64,000 bases of DNA, taken from positions 128,001 through 192,000 of the forward strand of contig CAWAOD010000005.1 in the NCBI GenBank assembly GCA_963783575.1, in the 5' to 3' direction. Under the pieces are notes generated by a model. That model ran no database searches and was not told where the DNA came from. It saw nothing but the letters and a program-made list of their open reading frames with translations. Shown here piece after piece: positions 19,860 to 32,751 of the stretch. This DNA is from an uncultured Spirochaetota bacterium. Its GTDB lineage: Bacteria > Spirochaetota > Brevinematia > Brevinematales > JAOACQ01. A program made the translations under genes and the position numbers. Positions within the stretch are counted from its first letter, which is position 1. The number at the start of each line of letters is the position of its first letter.

Positions 19860-21848
19860 TTATTCTTTCAAAATCATGTCTACGAAAAGAGAAGGATCTT
19901 TTCCTCCTGCAATACCTCCGCCGTATTCCATCCATACCCGCCTTTCACTTCCGTCATTATCGTTCAACAGGAATGAAAAACCAAGATCGAGACCCGGTAA
20001 TATTTTCTCTTTCCTGTTAAAAATAAAGTCCCAGGGTATCGTTACCAGATAAACCGTGTTATTTCCTGTTCTCCGGATTTTACATTCAACGTTTTTCAAA
20101 CTTCCGGGATATTGACCTTTCGGAGCTATCCATCTGAATTTTTCTATTTTTCCTTTGTCGGTGAGCGCGAATCCTATTTCATGGTATCCCTTTCCTCCGG
20201 AAGGATTGGATCTGTATGGATCAAGAGCAAATTGGATGCTGTCCCCATTCCAGATGTTATTTCCGCTTCTGTTCTGAAAATGCCTGTCATCCGTTACGAT
20301 AAATAACCCGTATAGGTAATTATCATCCCATTTCAAATAAGCTTTAGCGCTCAAGTCTTGAGGACCTCCCCAGCCATTCTTCATTACTTTATTATCCATG
20401 CCCAGGGTAAAATCCGGATCATTCGGCAAGCCGCTCAAAATAGAGTCGATATCAGGCTTTTGAGATGTTTTTTTTACTCTGAGAGTCAGAACATCAGTAT
20501 GGTAATCTGCAATCCAGCCGTTTTTAAGCATAACCCTGGCTTTCAAATTTCCCTTAGTGTTTTCAGGCAGCGGGAATTCCCGGGTTATGCCGGGTGACAC
20601 TGAAAAATCCAAAGTTTTTTTATAATCATTATTTTCTATTAGAATTTTTCCGTTGCTTATATCGCTCTTTGTCGGATTGAAAATCTGCAAAGCAATATCC
20701 GCATGATTTGAATCTTTCAAATAAACCAGGGGATTGATTTTCAATTCGATCGGGTCTATCATTTTAATTGAAAGAATATAAGGGCTTTTTTCATTCATTC
20801 CCGGAAATTCAGATTGATAAAAAAGATAAATATTTGTTTTTCTTTCATAAACAGGAATTTTTATCGGGATTTTGATGCTTTCCTGATTTGCGGAGAATTC
20901 GGTTCTTCCCATTAATTTCCAATTATCCGGCAGTTTGAAACTGATTAATCCGCTGTTTGTCATGTCTTTTTTATCCCGGTGAAGATTTAGAACCAGCGTT
21001 TCCTCAGGATAAATATTAATCTCATTTTCTTCCGGTTTAAAGACCGGATGTGTGTAATTGTTCATACATTTATATAAAAATAGTGAAATATGCGAAACCG
21101 CGTCGGCAAAATATTTATTGTCCGAACTGCCTTCCATTACTCCATGTGACGCGCCTTCCATAGTAAATAATTCATTAAAAATTCCGTTATCCGTTAATTT
21201 TTTAGCAAGTTCAACACTTCCTTTATAAGGAACAGTCGTGTCTTTTGTGCCATGAATAAAAATAGTCGGGGTACGGGATAGTTTTAAAAACGGGAATGAA
21301 ATTGATCCATAAATATTTATAATTGCGATCAGGCCGCTTTTATCCGTAAAATTGTTAGCGATTACTCCTCCGGATGAAGCTCCGCCCAAAGCGATTAAAT
21401 TTGTATTTATCCCATACTTTGCACTGTTTTGTTTTACCCAGGTTATAGCGTTTTCCGTATCCTCAATAGCGTCCTTCAAAGCAAATGGCAAAACAAATTC
21501 AGGGTGTTCTTTCAACCGGTAATCGATTGAAACTGCAACGTAACCCCGTTTGGCAAGAGCTTCGGCCAGACCGGCAAGCAGAGTTTTACTGCCCCCGGAA
21601 AAAGCCCCGCCGTGTGCCAGGATAATAACCGGCCGATTGGTTTCCATATCATTAGCCGGTTGATAAATATCCAGTGAAAGATTTTTATTTTGCCGGGTAT
21701 AAACAATATCCTTTTCTAAGTCAATTTTATCAAAAATGGGCATTAAATAACGAAGATTTTTTCCCTCCTTATTTTGCGCAAATCCTTCTGAGGGAAAAAG
21801 AATAATAATTGACGCAACCGTAATCAAATTCAGTAAGATATTTCTCAT
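19860..21848 (-). CDS. Secreted alpha/beta-hydrolase (esterase) with C-terminal CBM9-like sugar-binding domain
   Basis: HGGAF oxyanion motif, GASSGG nucleophile, HGTKDTTVP; C-terminal WDDNYLY...VTDD...WNGDSIQ, NDNDG. Confidence 0.85.
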   Translation of the reverse strand: MRNILLNLITVASIIILFPSEGFAQNKEGKNLRYLMPIFDKIDLEKDIVYTRQNKNLSLDIYQPANDMETNRPVIILAHGGAFSGGSKTLLAGLAEALAKRGYVAVSIDYRLKEHPEFVLPFALKDAIEDTENAITWVKQNSAKYGINTNLIALGGASSGGVIANNFTDKSGLIAIINIYGSISFPFLKLSRTPTIFIHGTKDTTVPYKGSVELAKKLTDNGIFNELFTMEGASHGVMEGSSDNKYFADAVSHISLFLYKCMNNYTHPVFKPEENEINIYPEETLVLNLHRDKKDMTNSGLISFKLPDNWKLMGRTEFSANQESIKIPIKIPVYERKTNIYLFYQSEFPGMNEKSPYILSIKMIDPIELKINPLVYLKDSNHADIALQIFNPTKSDISNGKILIENNDYKKTLDFSVSPGITREFPLPENTKGNLKARVMLKNGWIADYHTDVLTLRVKKTSQKPDIDSILSGLPNDPDFTLGMDNKVMKNGWGGPQDLSAKAYLKWDDNYLYGLFIVTDDRHFQNRSGNNIWNGDSIQFALDPYRSNPSGGKGYHEIGFALTDKGKIEKFRWIAPKGQYPGSLKNVECKIRRTGNNTVYLVTIPWDFIFNRKEKILPGLDLGFSFLLNDNDGSERRVWMEYGGGIAGGKDPSLFVDMILKE

Positions 21849-22074
21849 AGGTAATTCCTCCTTAATATAAAAACTTTTCTACAGGCTCCTTTAATATCTT
21901 AATCCAAGTAATTATTAGTTTTATCGTAACAGTAAAATGATAACCCACTTTCATGTAAAAAAAAATCGGGGGAAAACCCTGATTTTTTAATACACTTTTC
22001 TCGGGGTATGCCCTGATATGCAATTATTAGAGATTAGTCAATTTAACTGAGACCACTGGATTTATGGTTTTTCA

Positions 22075-22130
22075 ATGAACTGCTTAAACGGGCTGATGAA
22101 TAAAGCGGCGCATCAGTTAACGGTTTCAAT
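22075..22130. repeat. Partial copy of the att-like repeat arm
   Basis: GATGAATAAAGCGGCGCATCAGTTAACGG resembles GACGAATACAGCGGCGCATCATTTAGCGG of copy 1. Confidence 0.65.
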
Positions 22131-22452
22131 TTTCCGGCGAACGCAGGCCTGTGCTCTGCAGCTTTTTGAACGCGTCGTCGATCATTTTAAGCCTGTTGTT
22201 GACTTTTTTAACGGAAATTTCAAGGGTATATCCCTCATCCAGCAATTCCTTGATTAGCAGCATTTTTTTTATAGTCTGATAATCGTAACGCCTTGTCTTA
22301 GTCTGGGCATTTAGGGAAGTGATATATCCCTTTGATTCCCAGTACCTTATCTGCCTCTGGGGAATGCCTGTAATTTCAGATACTTCGCCAATTCCTATAA
22401 TCAGCCTGCTTAATAAATCGATATCCGCTTTTTCTATTTTATTCTCTTCCAT
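22126..22452 (-). CDS. MerR-family transcriptional regulator
   Basis: IGIGEVSEITGIPQRQIRYWESKG HTH. Confidence 0.88.
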   Translation of the reverse strand: MEENKIEKADIDLLSRLIIGIGEVSEITGIPQRQIRYWESKGYITSLNAQTKTRRYDYQTIKKMLLIKELLDEGYTLEISVKKVNNRLKMIDDAFKKLQSTGLRSPEN

Positions 22453-22502
22453 GTGTAAATTATAATTTAATAAAATAAAATGTCAATATTTTAGATGCAA
22501 TG

Positions 22503-22531
22503 TTGACATTCTCATTAAATTGTATTATAAT
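22503..22531 (+). promoter_or_regulatory. sigma70 promoter divergent from the MerR gene
   Basis: TTGACA-17 bp-TATAAT; AATGTCAA...TTGACATT dyad overlaps the -35. Confidence 0.6.
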
Positions 22532-22790
22532 TACATCTATTGTATATATGTTACAATTATGGGAAGTATTAATCATGTTTAAATTTATTCTCTTTGAAGT
22601 AAAATTAGGCTGACTGCGTATAGAGGGCAGCCCTGCTATAAAATTAAATTAAACGGAGGATAAAGATATTACACCGGAGATGAAAGCTTTTATGGATAGG
22701 ACGGGAAGGGTCTCATTAAATGCAGACAGCGGCGGGTTTCTTATTCGTAAAGCCGGCGCCTCAGTTACTGCGGTAAGAAGGGGTGGCGCT

Positions 22791-24141
22791 CATAAGAGCT
22801 AACTTGATTCTTGATATTTTTACAAATCATAGCTATAATATTTATATGGAGGCGGCTATGATTAATGAAGATTGGAATATTTTAGTTTCAATGTTTCCAA
22901 TAGGTTGGCGTGAAAAGGCAAAGGAAACGGGTGCATTAAGGGGATTGCGTAAGTGCAAATCTGAGGAGGACTTGCTCAGAACCCTTTTGATTCATCTGGC
23001 TGGCGGGTTTTCTCTAAGAGAAACAGTAGTAAGGGCTCGTGAAGCCAATTTAGCAGATTTATCTGATGTTGCCTTGCTGAAGCGATTAAGAAAGAGTTCG
23101 GATTGGTTGGCGTCATTATGTGAAGGTTTATTTGAGGAGCGAGGTGTGAAACTGGAAAATAAAGATGGATTTGAAGTTCGCCTTCTTGATGCTACTGTAG
23201 TTAAAGAACCTGGAAGGACGGGAAGTTTATGGAAGGTTCATTACAGTCTTAGACTACCTACATTCAAGTGTGACTACTTTCGCGTAACTCAAATGAACGG
23301 TATAGGGACGGGTGAGTCGTTTAAACAATTTGATTTGAAACCGGGTGATTATATTATAGGTGATCGAGGTTATGGTCAGGCTCCGGGAATAAAGTTTGCC
23401 GTTGAGCAGAAAGCTTCTCTATTGGTCCGCATCAGCCCTCATCATGTTGTAGTTAGCGATTCATCCGGTAAGCCATTTAATTGGCTGGATAGATTATCAG
23501 AAGTTTCGAAATCGGGACAAGCATGTTCATGGAATGTTCATTTACAATGCCCTGATAAAACCACTGTTTCCGGTAGAGTTTGTGTTATAAGAAAATCTGA
23601 ACAAGCTATTCTTAAGGCTCACAAACGTATTAAAAAGCATGCTATAAAAAAGAGTCAGAAGTTAAAACCGGAGACACTAATATATGCGGAGTTTGTGATT
23701 GTATTCACAACTTTTGAAGAGTCAAGTTTTCCGCCGGCAGAAATACTGCGATGGTATAGATTACGATGGCAGGTTGAATTAGTATTTAAACGTTTTAAGC
23801 AACTTGCGGAACTTGGGCATTTGCCTAAATATACAGATGAAAGTTCCAAGGCTTGGCTGTATGGCAAATTGTTTGTGGCCCTGTTAAACGAAAAACTTAT
23901 CTGGCAAGCCCAGACTTTTTCCCCCTGGGGTTATGATATTATTAATCAGGGCAGGGATAGTAAGCCGTTGGCGTGAATTTGCATTTATGCTTCATGAAAT
24001 GCAGAGAGTAATTATTCCATGCCTTTCGCTTACCGGTATTTTTATAAATTGGATAAGAATTTCCAGAGGACTTATTAATAAAAAGAGAAGAAGAAAAATG
24101 CAAATTGTGGAATATTTTTCCTTAACAAGTTAGCGCTTATG
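22791..24141 (+). mobile_element. IS4-family insertion sequence (1351 bp)
   Basis: IRs CATAAGAGCTAACTTG / CAAGTTAGCGCTTATG (15/16); 11-bp TSD GGGGTGGCGCT at 22780-22790 and 24142-24152. Confidence 0.95.
22858..23976 (+). CDS. IS4-family DDE transposase
   Basis: LLDAT, GDRGY, YRLRWQVELVFKRFK (Y-x2-R-x3-E-x6-K). A short overlapping ORF (23933-24133) may be a frameshifted C-terminal extension. Confidence 0.92.
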   Translation: MINEDWNILVSMFPIGWREKAKETGALRGLRKCKSEEDLLRTLLIHLAGGFSLRETVVRAREANLADLSDVALLKRLRKSSDWLASLCEGLFEERGVKLENKDGFEVRLLDATVVKEPGRTGSLWKVHYSLRLPTFKCDYFRVTQMNGIGTGESFKQFDLKPGDYIIGDRGYGQAPGIKFAVEQKASLLVRISPHHVVVSDSSGKPFNWLDRLSEVSKSGQACSWNVHLQCPDKTTVSGRVCVIRKSEQAILKAHKRIKKHAIKKSQKLKPETLIYAEFVIVFTTFEESSFPPAEILRWYRLRWQVELVFKRFKQLAELGHLPKYTDESSKAWLYGKLFVALLNEKLIWQAQTFSPWGYDIINQGRDSKPLA

Positions 24142-24469
24142 GGGGTGGCGCTTCCCATGCATTGGACTCGATGAACCACTGGCTCCACTATCAACAGACA
24201 TACATGGTCGGTTCGAGTTACTGGGACATGGTTTACTGCCGTGAAATTGGTGATGCTGAAAAAGACGAGGAGGGAATCAGGACAATGAAAAGACTGGGTG
24301 AAAATATGGTTTTCCTTCTTGAGAAATTGTATAAATAAAAAATAACTGCGGGGATCCAAAAACAGGAGCTTTGTTTTGATTAATGAGTATGATGAAGATA
24401 GTATAGTAACTGGTTGAAAACTTTATCAGAACGAAAGTTAATATATTGAAATTATAAAGACGGAGGGCA

Positions 24470-25198
24470 ATGACAATGGATAAAAGAAAGATAGCCCTGA
24501 TAACAGGAGCAAATAAAGGTATCGGCTACGAAACAGCAAGACAATTGGGGAAAATGGGAATTTTTGTCTTACTTGGAGCAAGAAATGAGGAAAGAGGCTC
24601 TAAGGCAGAGGCGGCTTTGGCAAATGAAGGGATAAATGCGCGCTTTATTTTACTGGACGTTACCAAACAGGATTCAATTGACGCCGCAGCAAGACTAATT
24701 GAAAAAGAGTACGGATTACTCGATGTCCTGATAAATAATGCTGGGATTTTGTTAGAAAAAGGCGCGGTTCCAAGTCAAATTGAATTATTCGTTTTGAAAG
24801 AAACATTTGAGACTAACTTTTTTGGTATGTTTGCAGTGACAAAAGCAATGTTGCCTTTGGTTAAGAAATCTTCTAATGGAAGAATTGTCAATCTTTCAAG
24901 CGGACTCGGTTCATTAACAATGCATAGCGCCCCCGGATCAGTCAGTCAAAACACACTTGCTTATAACTGCTCTAAGACAGCCGTTAATGCATTAACAGTC
25001 CTTTTTGCCAAAGAGCTTAAAGACACAAAAATTAAAATCAATGCTGCGGCTCCCGGCTATACGGATACCGATATAAATAATCATATGGGTACTCGCACAG
25101 TAAATCAAGCAGCTGTAATAATCATTCGCCTTGCCACGTTAGATGAGAATGGACCAACCGGCGGTTTTTTTGATGAAAACGGAGTTGTTCCCTGGTAG
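24470..25198 (+). CDS. Short-chain dehydrogenase/reductase (carbonyl-reductase type)
   Basis: TGANKGIG, NNAG, YNCSK motifs. Confidence 0.92.
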   Translation: MTMDKRKIALITGANKGIGYETARQLGKMGIFVLLGARNEERGSKAEAALANEGINARFILLDVTKQDSIDAAARLIEKEYGLLDVLINNAGILLEKGAVPSQIELFVLKETFETNFFGMFAVTKAMLPLVKKSSNGRIVNLSSGLGSLTMHSAPGSVSQNTLAYNCSKTAVNALTVLFAKELKDTKIKINAAAPGYTDTDINNHMGTRTVNQAAVIIIRLATLDENGPTGGFFDENGVVPW

Positions 25199-25691
25199 CC
25201 GAAAGTCGTGTACATTAATCAAAAGCGTTCGCTGAACTATACGCCATTCTGGAGTCGTTCCCGATGTTTTGTGTTAAAATATATACAAGCCCGGCAGGAT
25301 AGATGGAACGTCTGGTATTGTTAAAAATTAAGTATTAAGTTAAAGGCGAGGCCGGGGTAAGATTTTTGGACTTACTGAAAAACTTGTAATCTCTGTACAA
25401 TTCGGTTTGTACTAAATGTTGTTATCTATAGATAAGCGGATATTCTTCCTGATTTTTCAATGAATCCATTTATAGATCGTTATCCAGATCCGGTTAGTGG
25501 AGATTCCCAGTGGAGTCTCTTTCATTGTTTCATGGACTGCATCGTATTTTTCTTGATCCATGGTTAATTTTAGTTATCCAGATAATATTCTTTCCGTCAA
25601 TATCCGGCCATAAACTAAATGGCATAATCTGAATTATTAAGCTATATTCTCAGTCAACATAACAGATCTTGAAAAATATTTTTAAAAATCC

Positions 25692-25722
25692 TTGACTTAG
25701 AGTTAACTCCAGGGTTTATAAT
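25692..25722 (+). promoter_or_regulatory. MerR-type promoter/operator
   Basis: TTGACT-19 bp-TATAAT with GAGTTAACTC dyad in the spacer, directly upstream of a MerR gene. Confidence 0.85.
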
Positions 25723-25773
25723 TATATTATAATAACAAACTACACGAACCAATATCTAAGGAGGTTTAATCAC

Positions 25774-26157
25774 ATGACTATAGCGGAAGTTGGGAAGAAA
25801 TACGATCTTACACAAGATACGCTGCGTTATTATGAACGTGTCGGACTAATCCCTTTTGTTAACCGTAAAAGCGGAATCAGGAATTATATGGAAGAGGACT
25901 GCAGGTGGATCGAATTCGCAAAGTGCATGAGAAATGCCGGTATGCCGGTCGAAGCTTTAATAAAGTATGTAACACTTTTCCAGCAGGGCGAAGTCACTGC
26001 TCCGGCGAGGAAGCAGCTTTTGATTGAACAGCGTGATCTGATGATGCAAAAGAAGAAGGAATTGGAAAAAACGATCGAGCGCCTGAATATGAAAATCGAA
26101 AGATATGAGCAGACGGTGGTATTGGCGGAAAAAGATTTGAAAAGAACAGAATATTAG
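25774..26157 (+). CDS. MerR-family (AdhR/NmlR-like) regulator
   Basis: TLRYYERVGLIP, WIEFAKCMRNAGMP with conserved Cys. Confidence 0.9.
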   Translation: MTIAEVGKKYDLTQDTLRYYERVGLIPFVNRKSGIRNYMEEDCRWIEFAKCMRNAGMPVEALIKYVTLFQQGEVTAPARKQLLIEQRDLMMQKKKELEKTIERLNMKIERYEQTVVLAEKDLKRTEY

Positions 26158-26184
26158 ATTATTTTTTAATTTGGAAGGAGATAA

Positions 26185-27168
<984 letters not shown>

Positions 27169-27181
27169 AGCTCCGGTCTGA

Positions 27182-28218
<1,037 letters not shown>

Positions 28219-28271
28219 CAAAGTGAATGGAGAATCATTAATTTTAGAAGTCATTTGACCAGGAGGTCATT

Positions 28272-29098
28272 ATGGGTAGTTTAACGGCACTAATTGGATC
28301 TGGTTCAATAGGTGTCGCAATCGCGAGAAGAGTGAGCGCCGGAAAGCATATTCTGCTCTGTGATTTACGGCAGGAAAATGCGGAGGCAGCAGCCGCAGTT
28401 TTGAGTAATGCGGGATTTGAGGTCAGCACTGCGGCCGTCGATGTATCATCGCGCAAAGCAGTTGAGAATCTTGCTGAAAAAGCCTCCAGCCTTGGCGATG
28501 TGACTGGAGTTATTCACGCTGCCGGCGTTTCGCCTTCGCAAGCTCCGGTAGCTGCGATTTTGAAAGTGGATTTGTATGGTACAGCCCTCGTACTTGAAGT
28601 ATTCGGAAACGTCATTGCACGCGGAGGTTCCGGTGTAGTGATTGCTTCCCAATCGGGGCATCGTTTGGGCGCTCTCACGGATGAACAAAATAAGCTTCTT
28701 GCGACAACGCCGGCCGATCAGCTTTTATCGCTTCCAATGCTCCAGCCGGACCAGGTGAAGGATACTTTGCACGCTTATCAGCTCTCAAAACGCGGAAACG
28801 CTTTGCGAGTGATGGCAGAAGCCGTGAGATGGGGTAAGCGGGGCGCCCGTGTCAATACAATCAGTCCCGGCATTATTATCACTCCACTCGCGAAAGATGA
28901 ACTAAAAGGCCCTCGTGGAGAAGGTTACCGCCGCATGATTGAGGCTGCCCTGTCGGGAGAGCAGGTACTTCTGACGAGGTTGCCAATGTCGCGGCGCTTC
29001 TTATGGGGCCGGACGGCGCTTTTATCACCGGCAGCGATATTCTGATGGATGGCGGGGTTACTTCTTCGTTCTTCTTTGGGGAGCTTGCCCCGAAATGA
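28272..29098 (+). CDS. SDR-family oxidoreductase, frameshifted near 28945
   Basis: HAAGVSP, YQLSK, NTISPG; C-terminus CPVGRAGTSDEVA...FITGSDILMDGG continues in another frame to TGA 29096-29098. Confidence 0.85.
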
Positions 29099-29173
29099 GT
29101 AGATAATTGAGTCTACAGGAACGGCTATGATTTGATTTTCACTGGCTATCTTAAATTGATAAGGAGGAAAATT

Positions 29174-29561
29174 ATAAGTACAAACGATCTGAGCAAAAGA
29201 GTAATTTTTCCTATGGGAGATAAACTTGTAAGCAATAATTTCAAAGGAACTGTATGGCTTAAAATGCTGACCCCTTCAGGTTAAGCCTGTCCCATCGGGA
29301 ATGTGACCTTTGAGCCGGGATGCCGCAACAATTGGCACAATCATGCAGGCGGTCAGGTTTTACTTGTGACCGGCGGCTGGGGGTTAAAGGCCTGCATGGT
29401 TTACCAATGCGGATAAAGTGGATTATGAAATTACGGAAAAAGACAAACCGGAAAAAGGCTCAGTGATTTCTCAAAAAAGCCTGGCGGCTTTCATCGTTAA
29501 AATTATTGAGTTTCCTGAAAAGTATATTCGTGAATATCCGGGAGTGAACAAGCCGGAGTGA
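29174..29561 (+). pseudogene. Deletion chimera of a cupin N-terminus and an NAD(P)H-binding protein C-terminus
   Basis: [26 protein letters not shown] (with upstream in-frame TAA) joined to [18 protein letters not shown]...GVNKPE. Confidence 0.7.
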
Positions 29562-29594
29562 AACTGGATGCAGTAACGGCGTAGCGCAAATAGA

Positions 29595-30535
29595 GTCATT
29601 TGATAACATTTGAAACTTCAGTTAGTATTAATGTTAGACCTGTCGTACTTTCTTTAATAATCCTTCTTGCGGGGCCGTCCTCAATCCAGAATATGGAATT
29701 CCGGGTTATTTGGCCAATTAATTTATCAAGAAAAGGATCTGTTACAGATGAAGTAACTTTTATAGTCTTAAATGTTCCTGCCGGAGTTGATATTGTTTCA
29801 TGACCCTAAGACATGTATAGTAAATGGTATCGTTTCTTTTAAAAGCAATGGAATAAAAATATAACTCGTTCCATTATCATTGATATCTAAGAAACGGGGA
29901 AGGAAAATGCTGGAACTACTGTCCCCAAATGGGTACCCTTTCTTAATGGGGATACGGCTTTTTTTTGTACCATTGACCCCATTTACACGATCTACCTCAG
30001 TATAATGAATCATTGATGATTTATCATCATATAAATAATCCATCGATAATGGTCCTTTATAATTATTATTTGTTTCAAGATAATGGAAGTCTTTATGCAT
30101 AGCGACCGATGAACAAAGCGATAAAGATATCTGATACCAATCAGGAAAGTTTTTATAATCAGCAATTTGTTTTTCTCCATAGCTGAGATACTGAATGTAT
30201 TCATAGATATATACTATTTTTCCCCATTTGGGGTTATTCTCATAACGGGATATTAAAGTCCAATTATAAATGTTATCACCTCCATTAAAGCCTTTATAAA
30301 ATAAATATTCTCCATCGTCAATATTTGGGTTGGAACCTTTTTGCGGGACATTATTTCCCGTGGAACAGGAAACGAAGATGATTGTGAGAATTGTCATTAT
30401 AATAAAAATTAAAAGATTTTTCGGGCCCGGTAGGGCGAAAATACTGCCTCTTTTTATATCAAGTTCCTCTCCATTTATAACAGTTGTATTTTTATAGGAT
30501 TTCATTAATCCATTCAAATTAAAAAATATATTCAT
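29595..30535 (-). pseudogene. Lipoprotein-like gene with frameshift near 29800, preceded in frame by an ABC-ATPase N-terminal fragment
   Basis: LNGLMKSYKNTTVINGEELDIKRGSIFALPGP resembles an ABC ATPase start; followed by IIFVSC lipobox. Confidence 0.45.
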
Positions 30536-30553
30536 ATTTAACCTCTCTATTCT

Positions 30554-31090
30554 TTATCAGCCGATCACTGTAACTTTTGATAAATCAGCATCCATGCCTT
30601 TAAGAACTGCATAAGTGATTTAATCCATTGACGCACCGTCAAAGCATATAGTTTTAACAGCACGGAAGTATTTTTTTGAAAATACTATTGGTGAGCAGAA
30701 TGAAACATTTTTTATCAGGGAATTTCTAACAGATGCCCCCTCCAGAAATGACTTATCAAAACAACTCCAATAAATGTCTGATTGTCAAAACTAATTCCAA
30801 GTGCATTTTTCAAACCGGCTTTTTCGAAGGTCCATCATTATCAGTTGTGTTTTATCAAGTTTTGCTCCGCTGAAAATAACATCGCTTGTGCCGGATTTAT
30901 CAAAACGAGTGCCTTTCAGGATTGTATTCCTGAAACTGCGGTTGTTCAAATCAGACATAAGCAGGGATGCTCCCGAATGCTTCGCATTGTCAATTTGTAT
31001 TACTGACATTGCTGATGTTGAATGAGCTGCCGGTAAGGTCCGCCCCGGAAACATCCTTAAAGTCTGTATCCGGAAGGTTGCTTGCCGATC
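30554..31090 (-). pseudogene. Degraded pentapeptide-repeat protein gene
   Basis: Fragments such as SDLNNRSFRNTILKGTRFDKSGTSDVIFSGAKLDKTQL in several frames. Confidence 0.6.
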
Positions 31091-31096
31091 TTGCGG

Positions 31097-31492
31097 CTAC
31101 CCGCGGGCTGAAGACTTGTTCAGGGCCACGGCGGCCAGAATAAGGGACTTCAAAGCTTCCCAGTTCAGCTTGTCCCCCTCGTGAAAGTCGATGGCGCGCC
31201 TTACAGTTCCATCCTGGTTGAACAGGCCGTTAGGATCCTTTAAAGAAGCTCCCTTGGCAAAGGTCATCTTCACATGATCCTTGTACGTCTCGCCTGTGCA
31301 GATCATTCCGTTGTCATACCAGACCGGAGTCCCTCTCCACTTCCACTCCTCCATTACTTCGGGGTCTGCCTCCTTAATCAGTGCGCGGAGCCGGGAGAGC
31401 ATCTCGCCCCTCCAGCCGCCCAGTTCAGCAATTCTCTCGTCTATAAGTTGGGATGGCTGTTTTATGCCTTTCGTAGCCTGTTCCTTTTCCAT
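31097..31492 (-). CDS. DUF1801 (YdeI-like) protein
   Basis: EEWKWRGTPVW, ETYKDHVKMTFAKGASLKDP, RRAIDF. Confidence 0.88.
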   Translation of the reverse strand: MEKEQATKGIKQPSQLIDERIAELGGWRGEMLSRLRALIKEADPEVMEEWKWRGTPVWYDNGMICTGETYKDHVKMTFAKGASLKDPNGLFNQDGTVRRAIDFHEGDKLNWEALKSLILAAVALNKSSARG

Positions 31493-31559
31493 AGAAAAAC
31501 CTCCTTCAAAAGAAGAAAATCTTAAAGCCTGGCTTCAGGGTAATCGGGATTCTCCGGGG

Positions 31560-31931
31560 TTAACGAATTCCTGCGATGAAGAAAGCACAGACATCTGATA
31601 GAAACATCAGGATTGCCGAAGATAGGTGGATATTCGGAAAAGCCTTTCCTGTTTTCCCGGATGCCAGCATCAATATTCCTGTAACCAGTTGGGTCAGAAT
31701 CGCCAAACCCATTATAGCAACCGGAATCCAAATTCCCTCCGTTGCTTTCATCGTGAAAAGCCCATACACTATAAAGCCAAAACCCACTGTGAACCATACA
31801 AAGAAAAAAAGGTGAATGACCAGTTTCACTTTACCGTAAGGTTTTCCTGCCCTGTGAAGAAGAAGTCCGAAGATCATAGCCGTTATCATCAGAATTCCTT
31901 CAGCCAGGAAGGGTAACTGCGTATTATTCAT
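31560..31931 (-). CDS. Small four-TM membrane protein
   Basis: Four hydrophobic segments, GKPY and conserved His; GGAGG RBS. Confidence 0.65.
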   Translation of the reverse strand: MNNTQLPFLAEGILMITAMIFGLLLHRAGKPYGKVKLVIHLFFFVWFTVGFGFIVYGLFTMKATEGIWIPVAIMGLAILTQLVTGILMLASGKTGKAFPNIHLSSAILMFLSDVCAFFIAGIR

Positions 31932-32751
31932 AATAAAATTTCCTCCTAACTCAGGTGTTGCTAATTCATTAATTAATATTAATAATCCCGTTTTAAGATG
32001 TCAAGGGGAATGGTATTTTCAACAAGCATGCCGCTTGACCTTAAAGACACAAAAGGCTTTATTACTTTTTGGCAAAAAGGAATCAAAAGCTTTATTACTT
32101 TCTTTCCTGAATTCGCCAGGAAAGAAAGTAATCAAAGAAAGGAGCGACCCCTTCGTATGGGCACCATTTCTGCAACATCGTGTTGCTGCCGAACTAGCGT
32201 TCGGCTATCTTCATAGTCTATGAAAAGTTCTATTGAACATCCTGTTCTCAAGGTAAGTAAATAATAGATTATTTATTAAGGGGGAATGATATATTAAATA
32301 AAAGCTTTTAGAATTTAGGTGTTGTTATTCGAGATAATTTGTTAAAGCTGTCTTTTAGTAACCGCCTTGTCGCAGTCCCTCCGTGGACTGACTCCTCGGC
32401 TGAAGCCATCCCTGGCTTCAGTATAATAATACAATCGATTATTTTTCAGGAATAACAACGATTGTTATATTGGGTTCTCTTTTAATCATACAAAAGTTCA
32501 ATCAGAAATGGCGCTCATACTGCGGGGGGCAAGGAAGGAACGCCGGAATGAATACACTAGCTTAATATTTTAATAAGTCTGAGTAAGAAAGGAACAGCCA
32601 GAATAAAATAACCGATTCTTTCATCATAAAACAAAGGAATTTGATACTTTATTTTTAAATTATGTTTGGACGGCTGTTCTATATAACTATGGATGAAATG
32701 TACACAAATATTATAAGTTTTTGTAAATACAATAAAACCTAAAATTGTAGA

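Larger units (their letters stand above)
22668..24338 (+). pseudogene. Flavodoxin-fold (iron-sulfur flavoprotein/FMN reductase) gene, 5'-deleted and interrupted by IS4
   Basis: Removing the IS and one TSD restores ITPEMKAFMDR...ASVTAVRRGGA|SHALDSMNH...MVGSSYW...DEEGIRTMKRLGENM. Confidence 0.85.

Noticed and set aside
22783..22857. N-terminal extension of the IS4 transposase in the ORF track
   Set aside because: The extension starts in the TSD outside the IR; ATG 22858 has a GGAGG RBS.
31560..31931. DRT1b-like membrane partner of the RT
   Set aside because: It is ~800 bp downstream beyond repeat elements, is GC-richer, and groups with the DUF1801/pentapeptide genes.
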